A stretch of 64,000 nucleotides of DNA, from contig CAZELQ010000001.1 of the NCBI GenBank assembly GCA_964513195.1, forward strand, positions 1,990 to 65,989. Direction: 5' to 3'. The notes under the pieces were generated by a model. The model had not been told where the DNA came from and ran no database searches. It was given only the letters and a program-made list of their open reading frames with translations. Positions within the stretch are counted from its first letter, which is position 1. Every line of letters starts with the position of its first letter. Below, piece after piece: positions 35,087 through 44,529 of this stretch. The translations under genes were made by a program, and so were the position numbers. The stretch is from an uncultured Clostridia bacterium (lineage in GTDB: Bacteria; Bacillota; Clostridia; Christensenellales; Borkfalkiaceae).

Positions 35087-36550
35087 TCAGAACGGAGGCA
35101 ATTCGTCGTCGGGATAAACTTTGCCGCCGTCGGTTTCCTCCTCGGGCGGAACGTAATCGGGCACCGGCGCATTGTCATATACCGGCTCCTCTATGCCGTC
35201 CTGCGGTTCGGGGTTGACGAACTTGGTATATTCACCCTTAAAGCGCAGTTTTATTCTGTCCAAGCCGCCGTTTCTGTGCTTGGCGATAATCAGGTCGGCC
35301 ATACCCTTTACGATATTACCCTTTTTCAATTCCTCTTCGGTAGCGGTAACGTCGGGTCTGTTTATGAACATAACGATATCGGCGTCCTGCTCAATTGCGC
35401 CCGATTCTCTCAAGTCGGAAAGCTGGGGTTCCTTGGTCTGCATACGGCGGAGCTGCGAAAGCGCGATAACGGGGACGTCGAGCTCCTTTGCCATAATTTT
35501 AAGCTCTCTCGTTATATCGGCCACTTCCTGCGTCCTGTTTTGGTCGGCGTTATTTTTTCCGCTCGACATAAGCTGAATATAGTCTATCATAACAAGGTCG
35601 AGCTGGCCGTTGTTTTTCGCCTTGATTCTGCGGCATTTGGAAAGTATTTCCGCAGGCGTCACGCGGGAAGAATCGTCTATGTAAATTCTGCTCTTTCTCA
35701 GTTTTTCAGCCGCTTTCGTCAAATTTTTCCAATCGCCTGCCACAAGCTTGCCGCCGCCGGCGAGAGCATTGGACATAGAGACTTTTGCATAGCTGCATAA
35801 TAGCCTCTGAATTATCTGAATTTCGGGCATCTCAAGCGAAAATACGGCGCAAACTTTATTTTGATTGAGCGCCGCGTTTTCGACGATATTCATGGCTAGC
35901 GAAGTCTTGCCCATACCGGGGCGCGCGGCCAGAACGATAAGGTCGGATTTCTGCAGACCGTTCGTTAGGTCGTCCAGCCTGAAAAAGCCGGTCAGTACTC
36001 CGCGGAACGAATCCTTATTTTTGTCGAGCTTCTGAAACTTGTCGATAACGGCGTCGACCGCGTCGCTCTCCCTTATATCTTTGACCGATGAAGAATCGTT
36101 TGACTTGGAAAGGTCGTATACGAGCTCCTCGGCGTATTGGACGCTTTTAACGTTATCGTCACTCTTTTGCGCAAAGTTGATAATTTCCTTTGCCGCTCTT
36201 ATAAGTTTTCTGTTAACGCTGTCGCGCCTTACGATTTCGAAATAGTGATTATAATTGGCGGACGATGGCGTAAGCTGCGTAAGCGAGGTAAGGTATGAGA
36301 GACCTCCCGCCTTTTCGAGGTTTCCTTCGGTTTCCAGCCTGTCCGCAAGCGTAACCAAATCAAGCGGTCTATGGTCGTGGTAGACTTGTTTCATAGCCGA
36401 CAGAATGAATTGGTGCGATTCCTGATAAAAATCGTCCTCGGAAAGCTTTTCCAAAACGTCGGCAAGAATCATATTATCTATCAGCATGCAGGAAAGTAAG
36501 GCCTGCTCTGCGTCCAAATTGTTCGGCATCGTATTTATTTTGTCTGACAT
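35087..36550 (-). CDS. dnaB: Replicative DNA helicase (DnaB family; DnaC in Bacillus nomenclature) with an extra C-terminal tail
   Basis: P-loop ARPGMGKTS, IDYIQLM, SQLRR and GAIEQDADIV. At 487 aa it includes a 41-aa acidic, Pro-rich C-terminal extension. Confidence 0.93.
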   Translation of the reverse strand: MSDKINTMPNNLDAEQALLSCMLIDNMILADVLEKLSEDDFYQESHQFILSAMKQVYHDHRPLDLVTLADRLETEGNLEKAGGLSYLTSLTQLTPSSANYNHYFEIVRRDSVNRKLIRAAKEIINFAQKSDDNVKSVQYAEELVYDLSKSNDSSSVKDIRESDAVDAVIDKFQKLDKNKDSFRGVLTGFFRLDDLTNGLQKSDLIVLAARPGMGKTSLAMNIVENAALNQNKVCAVFSLEMPEIQIIQRLLCSYAKVSMSNALAGGGKLVAGDWKNLTKAAEKLRKSRIYIDDSSRVTPAEILSKCRRIKAKNNGQLDLVMIDYIQLMSSGKNNADQNRTQEVADITRELKIMAKELDVPVIALSQLRRMQTKEPQLSDLRESGAIEQDADIVMFINRPDVTATEEELKKGNIVKGMADLIIAKHRNGGLDRIKLRFKGEYTKFVNPEPQDGIEEPVYDNAPVPDYVPPEEETDGGKVYPDDELPPF

Positions 36551-36556
36551 AGTACT

Positions 36557-38335
36557 TTATATTCCCATCAATTTTTCAAATTCGAACAGGCAATTTTCAA
36601 ATTCTTTCATTGCAAACTCGAAAGGTTCTTCACTGCTTAGATCCACGCCCGCAAACTTCAAAAGCGAAACGGGGTCGGTCGACGAGCCTCCCGAAAGGAA
36701 CTTGAAATAGTCTTTTACCGCGCTCTCGCCTTTGGTTAAAATATTGTTGACTATATTTATAGCCGCCGTCAAGCCGGTAGCGTACTTGTAAACGTAGAAT
36801 GAAAAATAGAAATGCGGTATTCTGCACCACTCGCACGAAATTTCATAGTCGTGCTCTATTTCTTCGCCGTAATAGATCCGTCCGATATCGCCGTAGAGCT
36901 TACAGAGATTTTCGCGGGTTAACGGCTCGCCTCTTTCGACCATTGAGTGCGCCTCGTATTCGAACTCGGCAAACATAGTCTGTCTGTGCAGGGTTGCGCG
37001 TATTGAATCGAGATAATAATTCAGAAGATATTTTTTTAAATTTACGTCGTCTGCCTTGGAAAGAATATTTTTCAAAAGCAACACTTCGTTTACGGTGCTC
37101 GCAACCTCGGCGACGAAAATTTTATATTCGCTCTTGGCATACGGTTGATTTTTATGCGAAAAATAGCTGTGCAGAGCGTGTCCCATCTCGTGGGCGATAG
37201 TAAAGATATCGCCGGTCGTAGGCTGGTAATTGAGCATAACGTAAGGATGAAGCCCGTAAATCGCCCCGGCGTATGCGCCGTTGCGCTTTCCCTCCGTTTC
37301 TTCAACGTCAATCCAGCGCTCGGCTCTGCCCTTTCTCAAAAGGTTCTGATAATCTTCGCCGAGAGCAGCAAGGCCGTTAACGACAAATTCAAAGGCCTCG
37401 TCAAAAGGCATTTTCAGTTCGGCGTCTCCGACGAGCGGCGCGTACACGTCGTAAAAATATAATTTATCATAACCCAAAATCTTCTTCCTGTCACCGATAT
37501 AGCGGTGCATTGCGCCGAGGTTTTTATGCATGCTATGAAGAAGATTTTCATAAACTTTTTTATCGACGTCCTCATAAAACAACGCTTGGTCGAGGCAGGA
37601 ATCGAATTTATATACCTTACTAAGAAAAACGTTTTTCTTTATATTGCCGTAGTAGTTGGCTGTAAGAGTATTTATAAGACCGATATAAGCGGCATAATAT
37701 TTTTTGTAAGCCTCCTCCCTCAATTTTCTGTCGTCGGAATGGAGAAGTACACCGTAAAGACCGTGCGACAGCTTACGTTTTTCGCCGTCGATTTCGATTT
37801 CCGGCAAAGGCAGGTCGGCGTTGTCAATCATGGCGAAAACATCGTTAAACGTGCCGAGCGTTTCGCTTGCGAGAGCTACTATTTTTTCCTCTTTTTCGCC
37901 TATTATGTGACTCTTTTTCTTGAGTATTTGCTTAAATTGGTAGTCGTAAGCCGCGAATCTTTCGTCTTCTATAACGCTATTTAAATATTCGTCGGGCAAA
38001 GAGGCGATTTCCGGCTCGTAAAACGCAGTCTCCGCGCAGTATGCGGAATACAGCATATCGACCTTGCCGCAAAGGGCGTTGTATTTAGTCACCCTCGTAT
38101 CCTCGTCGCGCCTCATGCCGGCATATAAAGAAAGGCGCTCCAACCGACTGCCCAGCCAATCGTTATATTCGAGGAACCCGAGCAATATCTTTTTGTCGCC
38201 GAGCTTGCCTGCATACGCGGAAAAATCTATCTTCTTCTCGACTTCGTCAAAAGCGTTCTGCCACTTTTCATCGGTTTCGAATATATCTTCAAGCTTCCAC
38301 TTATTTTCGGTCTTAACTTCGTTTCTTAACATCAT
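36557..38335 (-). CDS. pepF: Oligoendopeptidase F (M3B)
   Basis: HEMGHALH zinc motif, about 590 aa, with a typical PepF N-terminus (WKLEDIF). Confidence 0.9.
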   Translation of the reverse strand: MMLRNEVKTENKWKLEDIFETDEKWQNAFDEVEKKIDFSAYAGKLGDKKILLGFLEYNDWLGSRLERLSLYAGMRRDEDTRVTKYNALCGKVDMLYSAYCAETAFYEPEIASLPDEYLNSVIEDERFAAYDYQFKQILKKKSHIIGEKEEKIVALASETLGTFNDVFAMIDNADLPLPEIEIDGEKRKLSHGLYGVLLHSDDRKLREEAYKKYYAAYIGLINTLTANYYGNIKKNVFLSKVYKFDSCLDQALFYEDVDKKVYENLLHSMHKNLGAMHRYIGDRKKILGYDKLYFYDVYAPLVGDAELKMPFDEAFEFVVNGLAALGEDYQNLLRKGRAERWIDVEETEGKRNGAYAGAIYGLHPYVMLNYQPTTGDIFTIAHEMGHALHSYFSHKNQPYAKSEYKIFVAEVASTVNEVLLLKNILSKADDVNLKKYLLNYYLDSIRATLHRQTMFAEFEYEAHSMVERGEPLTRENLCKLYGDIGRIYYGEEIEHDYEISCEWCRIPHFYFSFYVYKYATGLTAAINIVNNILTKGESAVKDYFKFLSGGSSTDPVSLLKFAGVDLSSEEPFEFAMKEFENCLFEFEKLMGI

Positions 38336-38343
38336 TTTCCTCT

Positions 38344-39699
38344 TTAATTCTTATTTGAATGAATGGGTGCGGGTATAAGTCCGCCCCTTAAAATAAATCT
38401 TTCGGAAGATTTGGAGTGCACCGGCATAATCGGCGCTCGGCCGAGCAGCCCGCCGAAATTTACCTCTTCCCCAACTCCTTTTCCGGGCACAGGAATAACC
38501 CTGACGGCAGTCGTTTTGTTATTTATCATGCCGATAGCCGCCTCGTCCGCGATTATCGCGCTTATCGTCGTCGCGGAAGTATCGCCCGGAATAGCTATCA
38601 TATCGAGGCCGACAGAACAAACTGCCGTCATGGCCTCCAACTTGTCAAGATTTATGTCGCCGCGCTCAGCCGCCTCTATCATTCCGATATCTTCGGACAC
38701 CGGAATAAACGCGCCCGAAAGTCCTCCAACGCGCGAGCTTGCCATAACGCCGCCCTTTTTCACCGCGTCGTTTAGCATTGCAAGACAGGCGGTCGTGCCG
38801 TGCGTACCGACGCTCTCGAGCCCCATGGCCTCGAGTATCTGCGCTACGGAATCGCCTCTGGCAGGCGTGGGCGCGAGCGATAAGTCGACTATACCGAAGC
38901 GCGCGTTTAGTCGCTTTGCCGCCTCGTTGGCGATGAGCTGGCCTGCCCGCGTGATTTTGAAAGCCGTACGCTTGATTGTCTCGGCAAGCCGGGCAAGGTC
39001 TGCGTCCGGCACCGCCTCTATCGCGTGCTGTACGACGCCCGGTCCCGAAACGCCCACGTTTATGACGGTGTCGCTTTCGCCTACACCGTGAAAGGCGCCC
39101 GCCATGAAAGGGTTGTCCTCCACGGCGTTACAAAATACTACGAGCTTGGCGCAACCGAAGCCGTCCTTGTCCTTCGTAGCCACGGCTGTTTCCTTTACAA
39201 CCTCGCCCATAAGCTTGACGGCGTCCATATTTATACCCGACTTCGAGGAACCGACGTTCACCGAAGAACAGAGCATATCGGTCGTTGACAGAGCTTCGGG
39301 AATGGTCCGTAAAAATACTTTTTCGTAATCTGCCGTTCCCTTGTGGACAAGCGCAGAATAGCCGCCCAAAAAGTCAATATTCAGCTGTTTAGCCGCCCTG
39401 TCGAGAGCCTTGGCAATCAACGGAGCCTTTTCGGGGAAGGCCGCACAAAGAATACTTACCGGCGTTACCGAAACGCGTTTATTTACGATAGGTATTCCGT
39501 ATTCTCTGAACAGATCGTCGGCCACGCCGACGACGTTTGCGGCCTTTTTACATACCAAATCGTAGACGGCGTTTGCGGTCTCTTCCCCCGTCGCCCTTAT
39601 ACAGGGCAAAAGGGAAATTCCCATAGTCACCGTTCTGATATCGAGGTGTTCCCTCTCGACCATATCTATTGTTTCGAGTACGTCTTTATAGTTGAACAT
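38344..39699 (-). CDS. UPF0210 (DUF711) family protein
   Basis: About 450 aa. The [12 protein letters not shown] start pattern is typical of UPF0210, and it pairs with the upstream ACT protein. Confidence 0.8.
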   Translation of the reverse strand: MFNYKDVLETIDMVEREHLDIRTVTMGISLLPCIRATGEETANAVYDLVCKKAANVVGVADDLFREYGIPIVNKRVSVTPVSILCAAFPEKAPLIAKALDRAAKQLNIDFLGGYSALVHKGTADYEKVFLRTIPEALSTTDMLCSSVNVGSSKSGINMDAVKLMGEVVKETAVATKDKDGFGCAKLVVFCNAVEDNPFMAGAFHGVGESDTVINVGVSGPGVVQHAIEAVPDADLARLAETIKRTAFKITRAGQLIANEAAKRLNARFGIVDLSLAPTPARGDSVAQILEAMGLESVGTHGTTACLAMLNDAVKKGGVMASSRVGGLSGAFIPVSEDIGMIEAAERGDINLDKLEAMTAVCSVGLDMIAIPGDTSATTISAIIADEAAIGMINNKTTAVRVIPVPGKGVGEEVNFGGLLGRAPIMPVHSKSSERFILRGGLIPAPIHSNKN

Positions 39700-39707
39700 A
39701 ATTCACC

Positions 39708-39977
39708 TCAAATGCTGTGCATCGCGCTGAATACGTCCTCGTGCTGGAGGTGAACCGACATACCTATTTTTTCGCCCATCACCTTACACTCCTGAGCAAG
39801 GTCCGCAAGCTTCTGCGTGGCGCCCGTAAGGTCAACCAGCATAATCATTGCGAAGTATTCGTCCATAATAGTCTGGCTGATATCGACGATATTTACTTTC
39901 TTTTCCGCAAGAAACGTGCTGACCTTAGAAATAATGCCTGTCTTGTCTTTACCGACGACGGTAACAACTGCTCTCAT
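39708..39977 (-). CDS. ACT domain protein (UPF0237 family)
   Basis: 89 aa with MRAVVTVVGKDKTGIISKVSTFLAEKKVNIVDISQT. Confidence 0.85.
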   Translation of the reverse strand: MRAVVTVVGKDKTGIISKVSTFLAEKKVNIVDISQTIMDEYFAMIMLVDLTGATQKLADLAQECKVMGEKIGMSVHLQHEDVFSAMHSI

Positions 39978-39997
39978 AAATTTTCTCCGTATATTTC

Positions 39998-40609
39998 TTA
40001 ATTCCCGCCGTTAAAAGCCGACGGCAGCGTGAATTCGAAAAAAGTATTCAAAGAAGTAATAATATCTTTGTTTTTCATGGACCACGCGGTAACTACGCCC
40101 TCCGTCCAACCGATAGGCATACAGCCATATTCCTCAGAGCGGCTGTCGTTGCTGTCGTCGCGGTTATCGCCGAGACAGTACATATACCCGTCGGGTACGG
40201 TAATCAGAGGAGCGTTGGCCTTCTCCAAGTTATTTATTTCCAGCACGTAATCCTCGATTAGCGCCTCTCCGTTTAAAAACACGACGCCGCTCTTAATTTC
40301 CACAGTATCGCCGCCGAGCGCGATGAGCCGTTTAATAAGAGTCTTTTTACCCGTATTGATTATGATTATATCGCCGCGCTTGGGCGTTTCGTACTTGTTG
40401 GCATAGACGAACTGTCCGCCCTTTTCCGCCCCGCTCTCGGCGCCTATCAACGTGTTCTCCATCGACGGGCCGATAACGTATACCTTAAAATACGTGTTCA
40501 TCCATAAAAAACACGCCGTAAAGAAAGTAAGAATTACGAATACGACTATCAGAAGAATCCAAGAAAAGCCGTCATCGCGCTTTTTATAGTTTATAGGAAG
40601 TTGTTTCAT
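39998..40609 (-). CDS. lepB: Signal peptidase I
   Basis: N-terminal TM helix, GPSMENTL (Ser), IKRLIALGGD (Lys) and GDNRDDSNDSR. Confidence 0.9.
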   Translation of the reverse strand: MKQLPINYKKRDDGFSWILLIVVFVILTFFTACFLWMNTYFKVYVIGPSMENTLIGAESGAEKGGQFVYANKYETPKRGDIIIINTGKKTLIKRLIALGGDTVEIKSGVVFLNGEALIEDYVLEINNLEKANAPLITVPDGYMYCLGDNRDDSNDSRSEEYGCMPIGWTEGVVTAWSMKNKDIITSLNTFFEFTLPSAFNGGN

Positions 40610-40612
40610 TAA

Positions 40613-42283
40613 CTATAACCAAATCAGATTATTCAGCGCAAATTTTCCGCTCGCCGTTAAAATAAGCGTTTCGCAACCCGTAAAGTCGTTTAAGGAAATT
40701 CCGTTGTTGTTTTTGAACATTTTGGGCTTTAAAATACAGCTCTGCCATACGCCGCCGATTACGCTCTGCTTAATCCAGAAATTCTCTCCGTCGCCCTTTT
40801 TCAAACTTATATCTATGATAATATTTTCTTCGGAGCAAATGTCCAGCTTCAGAATGCTGTCCTTATCGGGGGCAAACCGCGGCGCCTTTATTCTGTTCGT
40901 CGCAAGACCGCCCATCGAGTATATGCCCGAAAGGTCGCACATTGTGACCATTTGCGGCAGTATTTCGTCGTCCGTCAGGAAAACGTCGCCGACCGCACTG
41001 TCCGAACATTCGGCGACGGCAAAGCTCTCCGCGCCGAATGTATTCGTATAAATAATTCTGGACTTGGATTGGCTGTTGCGGAACCTGCCGCTTATCTTTT
41101 TGACCGCAAGCTTAGACCAAACGGTAAAGCCGTTGGAATACACGACGTAGCACATAACGAAAATCAGCGACGTCTTTTCGTATATATTCAAAAGATATTC
41201 GCTCACATCGGCGCTTATCGACTTCTTATGAGGCGCAAGGACCCAGTCGCGCGTGGAAAAATCCATACAGTCTTCCGATATAAAGACGTTGCATTTTTCT
41301 ATAATGCCCATACTGTCGCAGACAACCTTGGCGACAAGGTTGCCGTCATCGTCGACGTTTACGCTTATATCGGCGGGCTTAGGCATAAATACGTGTCTGC
41401 CCTTTACGTAGCCGTCGAGGAACATTAACATATCTTTCGTGCCGCGCAAATCTATTCTCTTACCGGTATTTATCGAATATGCGATAGAGCTTAAGCCGGC
41501 ATACTGTGGATTTATGCGCGAAAAGGTGTCGAACGCCCTGTCATAATTGAAGTCGGGATTATTCGTCGAACACAGAATAAGCACCGGACACTTTACGTAG
41601 GGCGCGTAAGATTGCGAATCGATACCGGCTACGAACCTGTATCTCTCCTCGTCGAATTCGGGCTCCGTTCCGAAAAATTTTCCGTGTCCGCGATATGCTT
41701 TCCAGCCGCAGGCGTTTACCGTTACCGCACATGAAAAACGCGCGACGGCGGCCAATTTCCAGACGATTTCCCCTCCGTCGCCGATTCCTATGAGACCTAT
41801 ATTCTCCGTAAGGAATTTTTCCTGCAGATATTTTCTTGCGTAGACGCCCACAGCGACCCATTCATACCAAGTGGTCTGAACGGCCGTATCATCGACGAAA
41901 TCCTTATGTCTTCCGCAGAAAACCGAGTTTGCGTATTTGACGTTATCGGGGTATCTCGTAAACCTGCGCTTGCCCTCTGCCTCGCCGGAATAGTCAACGT
42001 AAAGAGCGCTGTAACCGTTCTTCACGAAATAAGCGAGCAGCTTTTCGTCAACGTCGTCGTTTTCGTCGCGGAGAATAAGCACGCATTCTCTCGACGGCGT
42101 TTCCTCATGATAAGCGACGACGCCGGATATGCTTACCCTACCCATTCCGGTATCGCGGCCTGAAAATTCTACGTATTCATATTTTATGCCGTCGTCGACT
42201 TTTTCGTCGAGAGTTACCGGCATCAAGGCGAGCTCGGCGTTAAAATTTTTCCAAAGCGATAGCGGCGTAAGAATGTTTGACAA
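40613..42283 (-). CDS. Hypothetical 556-aa protein; N-terminal alpha/beta-hydrolase (CE7/AXE1-like) fold with the nucleophile motif apparently substituted
   Basis: The pattern resembles acetyl-xylan-esterase-like proteins (GYSALYVDYSGE...WYEWVAVGVYARKYL...IGLIGIGDGGEIV). There is no signal peptide. The C-terminal roughly 300 aa are unassigned. Confidence 0.4.
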   Translation of the reverse strand: MSNILTPLSLWKNFNAELALMPVTLDEKVDDGIKYEYVEFSGRDTGMGRVSISGVVAYHEETPSRECVLILRDENDDVDEKLLAYFVKNGYSALYVDYSGEAEGKRRFTRYPDNVKYANSVFCGRHKDFVDDTAVQTTWYEWVAVGVYARKYLQEKFLTENIGLIGIGDGGEIVWKLAAVARFSCAVTVNACGWKAYRGHGKFFGTEPEFDEERYRFVAGIDSQSYAPYVKCPVLILCSTNNPDFNYDRAFDTFSRINPQYAGLSSIAYSINTGKRIDLRGTKDMLMFLDGYVKGRHVFMPKPADISVNVDDDGNLVAKVVCDSMGIIEKCNVFISEDCMDFSTRDWVLAPHKKSISADVSEYLLNIYEKTSLIFVMCYVVYSNGFTVWSKLAVKKISGRFRNSQSKSRIIYTNTFGAESFAVAECSDSAVGDVFLTDDEILPQMVTMCDLSGIYSMGGLATNRIKAPRFAPDKDSILKLDICSEENIIIDISLKKGDGENFWIKQSVIGGVWQSCILKPKMFKNNNGISLNDFTGCETLILTASGKFALNNLIWL

Positions 42284-42355
42284 AGGTGTTCTCCCATTTA
42301 AAATTATATGCTTGCGGCCCGACGCATATATAGCGTATTAAAAAATAAAAATGAA

Positions 42356-42384
42356 TTGATTTTTCCGCTTGTTTGAGTTATAAT
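42356..42384 (+). promoter_or_regulatory. SigA-type promoter for the DnaB/DnaD-type initiator operon
   Basis: TTGATT (42356-42361), 17 nt, TATAAT (42379-42384). Confidence 0.5.
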
Positions 42385-42482
42385 ATTATTCGCACCGTTA
42401 ATTCGGGCGACAATTATTCATTTTGAATATATTATATTCCTTTTCGTTTTATAAATCAAGCGTTAACGCGGGAGTTTTGAGC

Positions 42483-43901
42483 ATGGCTTTTATTTCGGTG
42501 GCCGAAGAGCTTACCAAACGGACGACGACAGCCGTCGAAAACAAATTCATAATTAAATACCTTGCCGAGCTTGAGCCTATGGCCGTAAAGGCTTATCTTT
42601 ACGCGCTGTATCTCGTCCAGAACGGACAAACCGCGTGCACGCTCGGCGACCTTGCGGTAAAATTGAACATTTCCGAGGACGACGCCAAAGGCTACTTCGA
42701 GTATCTTTCCGAATTTGAGTTGGTCGCCATTACTTCTTATTCCCCTTTCGAGATAAAAATTCTCGATTGCGACAACAGTTCCGGCCGTCCCAAAAGACTC
42801 AATCCCGAGAAATACGCCGGACTTTACGAGGAGCTTCAAGATATTCTTTCGGGCAGAATGATATCTCAGAGCGAATTCAGAGAATATCTGATTTTGCTTG
42901 AAGACTACGGCTTCGAGCGCAACGCTCTAATAATGATAATTACATATTGCGTTAATCTTAAGGGCAACGATATAGGCGCCGCCTATATAAAAAAGGTCGC
43001 TAAAAGCTTTTCCGAAGACGGAGCGACAAGCGCGCGGCAGGTCGAGGAAAAATTGGCTTTCTTCACTGCCTCTAAGGTTGCCTTGAAAAGGCTGTATGAA
43101 GAGTGCGGCAGCACGAAAACGGTCGCTTCCGGAGAGGATTCCGCTTATTATTCCAAATGGGTTAAATCGGGCTACGACCTCGATAGAATCATATGCGTTA
43201 TTAAGTGCTTTAAGGCAAAGAAATTCAGCGTTATCGACGGCATTATCGAAGAGCTGTCAAAGAACAATATTTTCGAAGAGCAAGATATCTTAGCCTATTC
43301 CGAGGAAAAACGCGAGCTACAGCAAATTACAAAAACGGTCGGAAAATCACTCGGCGTTTACGTTTCGGACGCCGCCCCCTACATCGGGCACTACGTATCG
43401 AAATGGAAAGAATACGGTTACAGCCAAAGCTCTTTAAAAGTAATTGCCGATTACTGCTTTACCTGCGGTAAAAACAATTTCGGCTCCATGGACAACTTCG
43501 TGACAAAATTGTTCGAGGAGGCGATTATAGATAACGACAGCGTTTTAAACGCAATTTCAAACCTGACCGACGACGACGCTTTCCTGAAAAAGGTTTTATC
43601 GGCCTGCGGTATAGAGAGCAACGTAAAAGCTTCCGACAGACAAGCGCTTATAAGATGGCGCTCATGGGGCTTCGGCGACGAAATGATTTTAAAGGCCGCA
43701 GAGCTTTCCTACGGCAAAGGCAATCCGTTAACCCATATGAACAATCTGTTCTCCTACTGGAAGGCGTCGGGCATATTCAGTATAGACAAAATTACCGACA
43801 AAAAAGATAAGAGCTATAATAAAACCTCCGCAAGAGAGCGCGATATGGAAGTGTACAGGAAATTATACGCAAAATTAGCCGAAGAGGACAATGATGAGTA
43901 A
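42483..43901 (+). CDS. DnaD-domain replication initiation / helicase-loading protein (Bacillus DnaB-type, 472 aa)
   Basis: Start at MAFISV with a GGGAG SD. There is an N-terminal winged-helix-like region and then repeated DnaD-like modules (YIKKVAKSF, YVSKWKEYGYS, LIRWRSWGF, NNLFSYWKASG). Confidence 0.75.
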   Translation: MAFISVAEELTKRTTTAVENKFIIKYLAELEPMAVKAYLYALYLVQNGQTACTLGDLAVKLNISEDDAKGYFEYLSEFELVAITSYSPFEIKILDCDNSSGRPKRLNPEKYAGLYEELQDILSGRMISQSEFREYLILLEDYGFERNALIMIITYCVNLKGNDIGAAYIKKVAKSFSEDGATSARQVEEKLAFFTASKVALKRLYEECGSTKTVASGEDSAYYSKWVKSGYDLDRIICVIKCFKAKKFSVIDGIIEELSKNNIFEEQDILAYSEEKRELQQITKTVGKSLGVYVSDAAPYIGHYVSKWKEYGYSQSSLKVIADYCFTCGKNNFGSMDNFVTKLFEEAIIDNDSVLNAISNLTDDDAFLKKVLSACGIESNVKASDRQALIRWRSWGFGDEMILKAAELSYGKGNPLTHMNNLFSYWKASGIFSIDKITDKKDKSYNKTSARERDMEVYRKLYAKLAEEDNDE

Positions 43902-44481
43902 ATTATTAAAAAGGCATATAATCGAGGTGCTGACCCTCATAAGGGTCAACTACGAAAACGCCTATAAAAACCAAGACGAAAACGAAGCCGAACTGCTGGT
44001 AAGAAATTGGTACAACTTTTTGAGCAAGTACGATTACGAAACGGTTATGGCGGCGACCCAGCTTGCGATAAGCAAATCCGAGTACGTGCCGAGGCTGTCA
44101 AATATAATTAACGAGGCGGAAAAGCTTATCAACCCCGACGCAAAATCAGACGAACAGCTTTGGGCGGAGCTATACTCCGGTCTCGGAAAGGTTTACGATA
44201 TCTCCCGGTATCTGGCCTACCCCCAATACGTAAAATGGGCAAACGGCAAGCTCAAAGAGATTTACGAAAACTTGGACGACGATATAAAACTATACGTCGT
44301 TAACGTTTCCGCTCTGGTGGAAATTTCCGAGATGAACGACGACTCGCTGCTCTATGAAAAGGCGCGTTTTTTAAAACAGATGCCCGTCCTGAAAAAGAAT
44401 AAGAGCGATAAGGCTACGGCGCAGAACCTTCTTGCGCAAATCGGCGGCGCACCGAAGCTTCCGGAAGCAAAGAAGAATTGA
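43891..44481 (+). CDS. G39P-like (replicative helicase loader/inhibitor family) protein without an ATPase motif
   Basis: The N-terminal 80 aa (ELLVRNWYNFLSKYDYETVMAATQLAISKSEYVPRLSNIINEA) fit my recollection of the phage SPP1 G39P loader family pattern. There is no Walker A anywhere. It overlaps the upstream gene by 11 nt. Confidence 0.5.
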   Translation: MMSKLLKRHIIEVLTLIRVNYENAYKNQDENEAELLVRNWYNFLSKYDYETVMAATQLAISKSEYVPRLSNIINEAEKLINPDAKSDEQLWAELYSGLGKVYDISRYLAYPQYVKWANGKLKEIYENLDDDIKLYVVNVSALVEISEMNDDSLLYEKARFLKQMPVLKKNKSDKATAQNLLAQIGGAPKLPEAKKN

Positions 44482-44488
44482 TAATTAT

Positions 44489-44517
44489 AAAGGCGGACAA
44501 ACGTCCGCCTTTATTTT
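44489..44517. terminator. Bidirectional terminator
   Basis: Stem AAAGGCGGAC, loop AAAC, stem GTCCGCCTTT, with A/T flanks. It lies between convergent genes. Confidence 0.85.
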
Positions 44518-44529
44518 AAGTCTAAAAAA

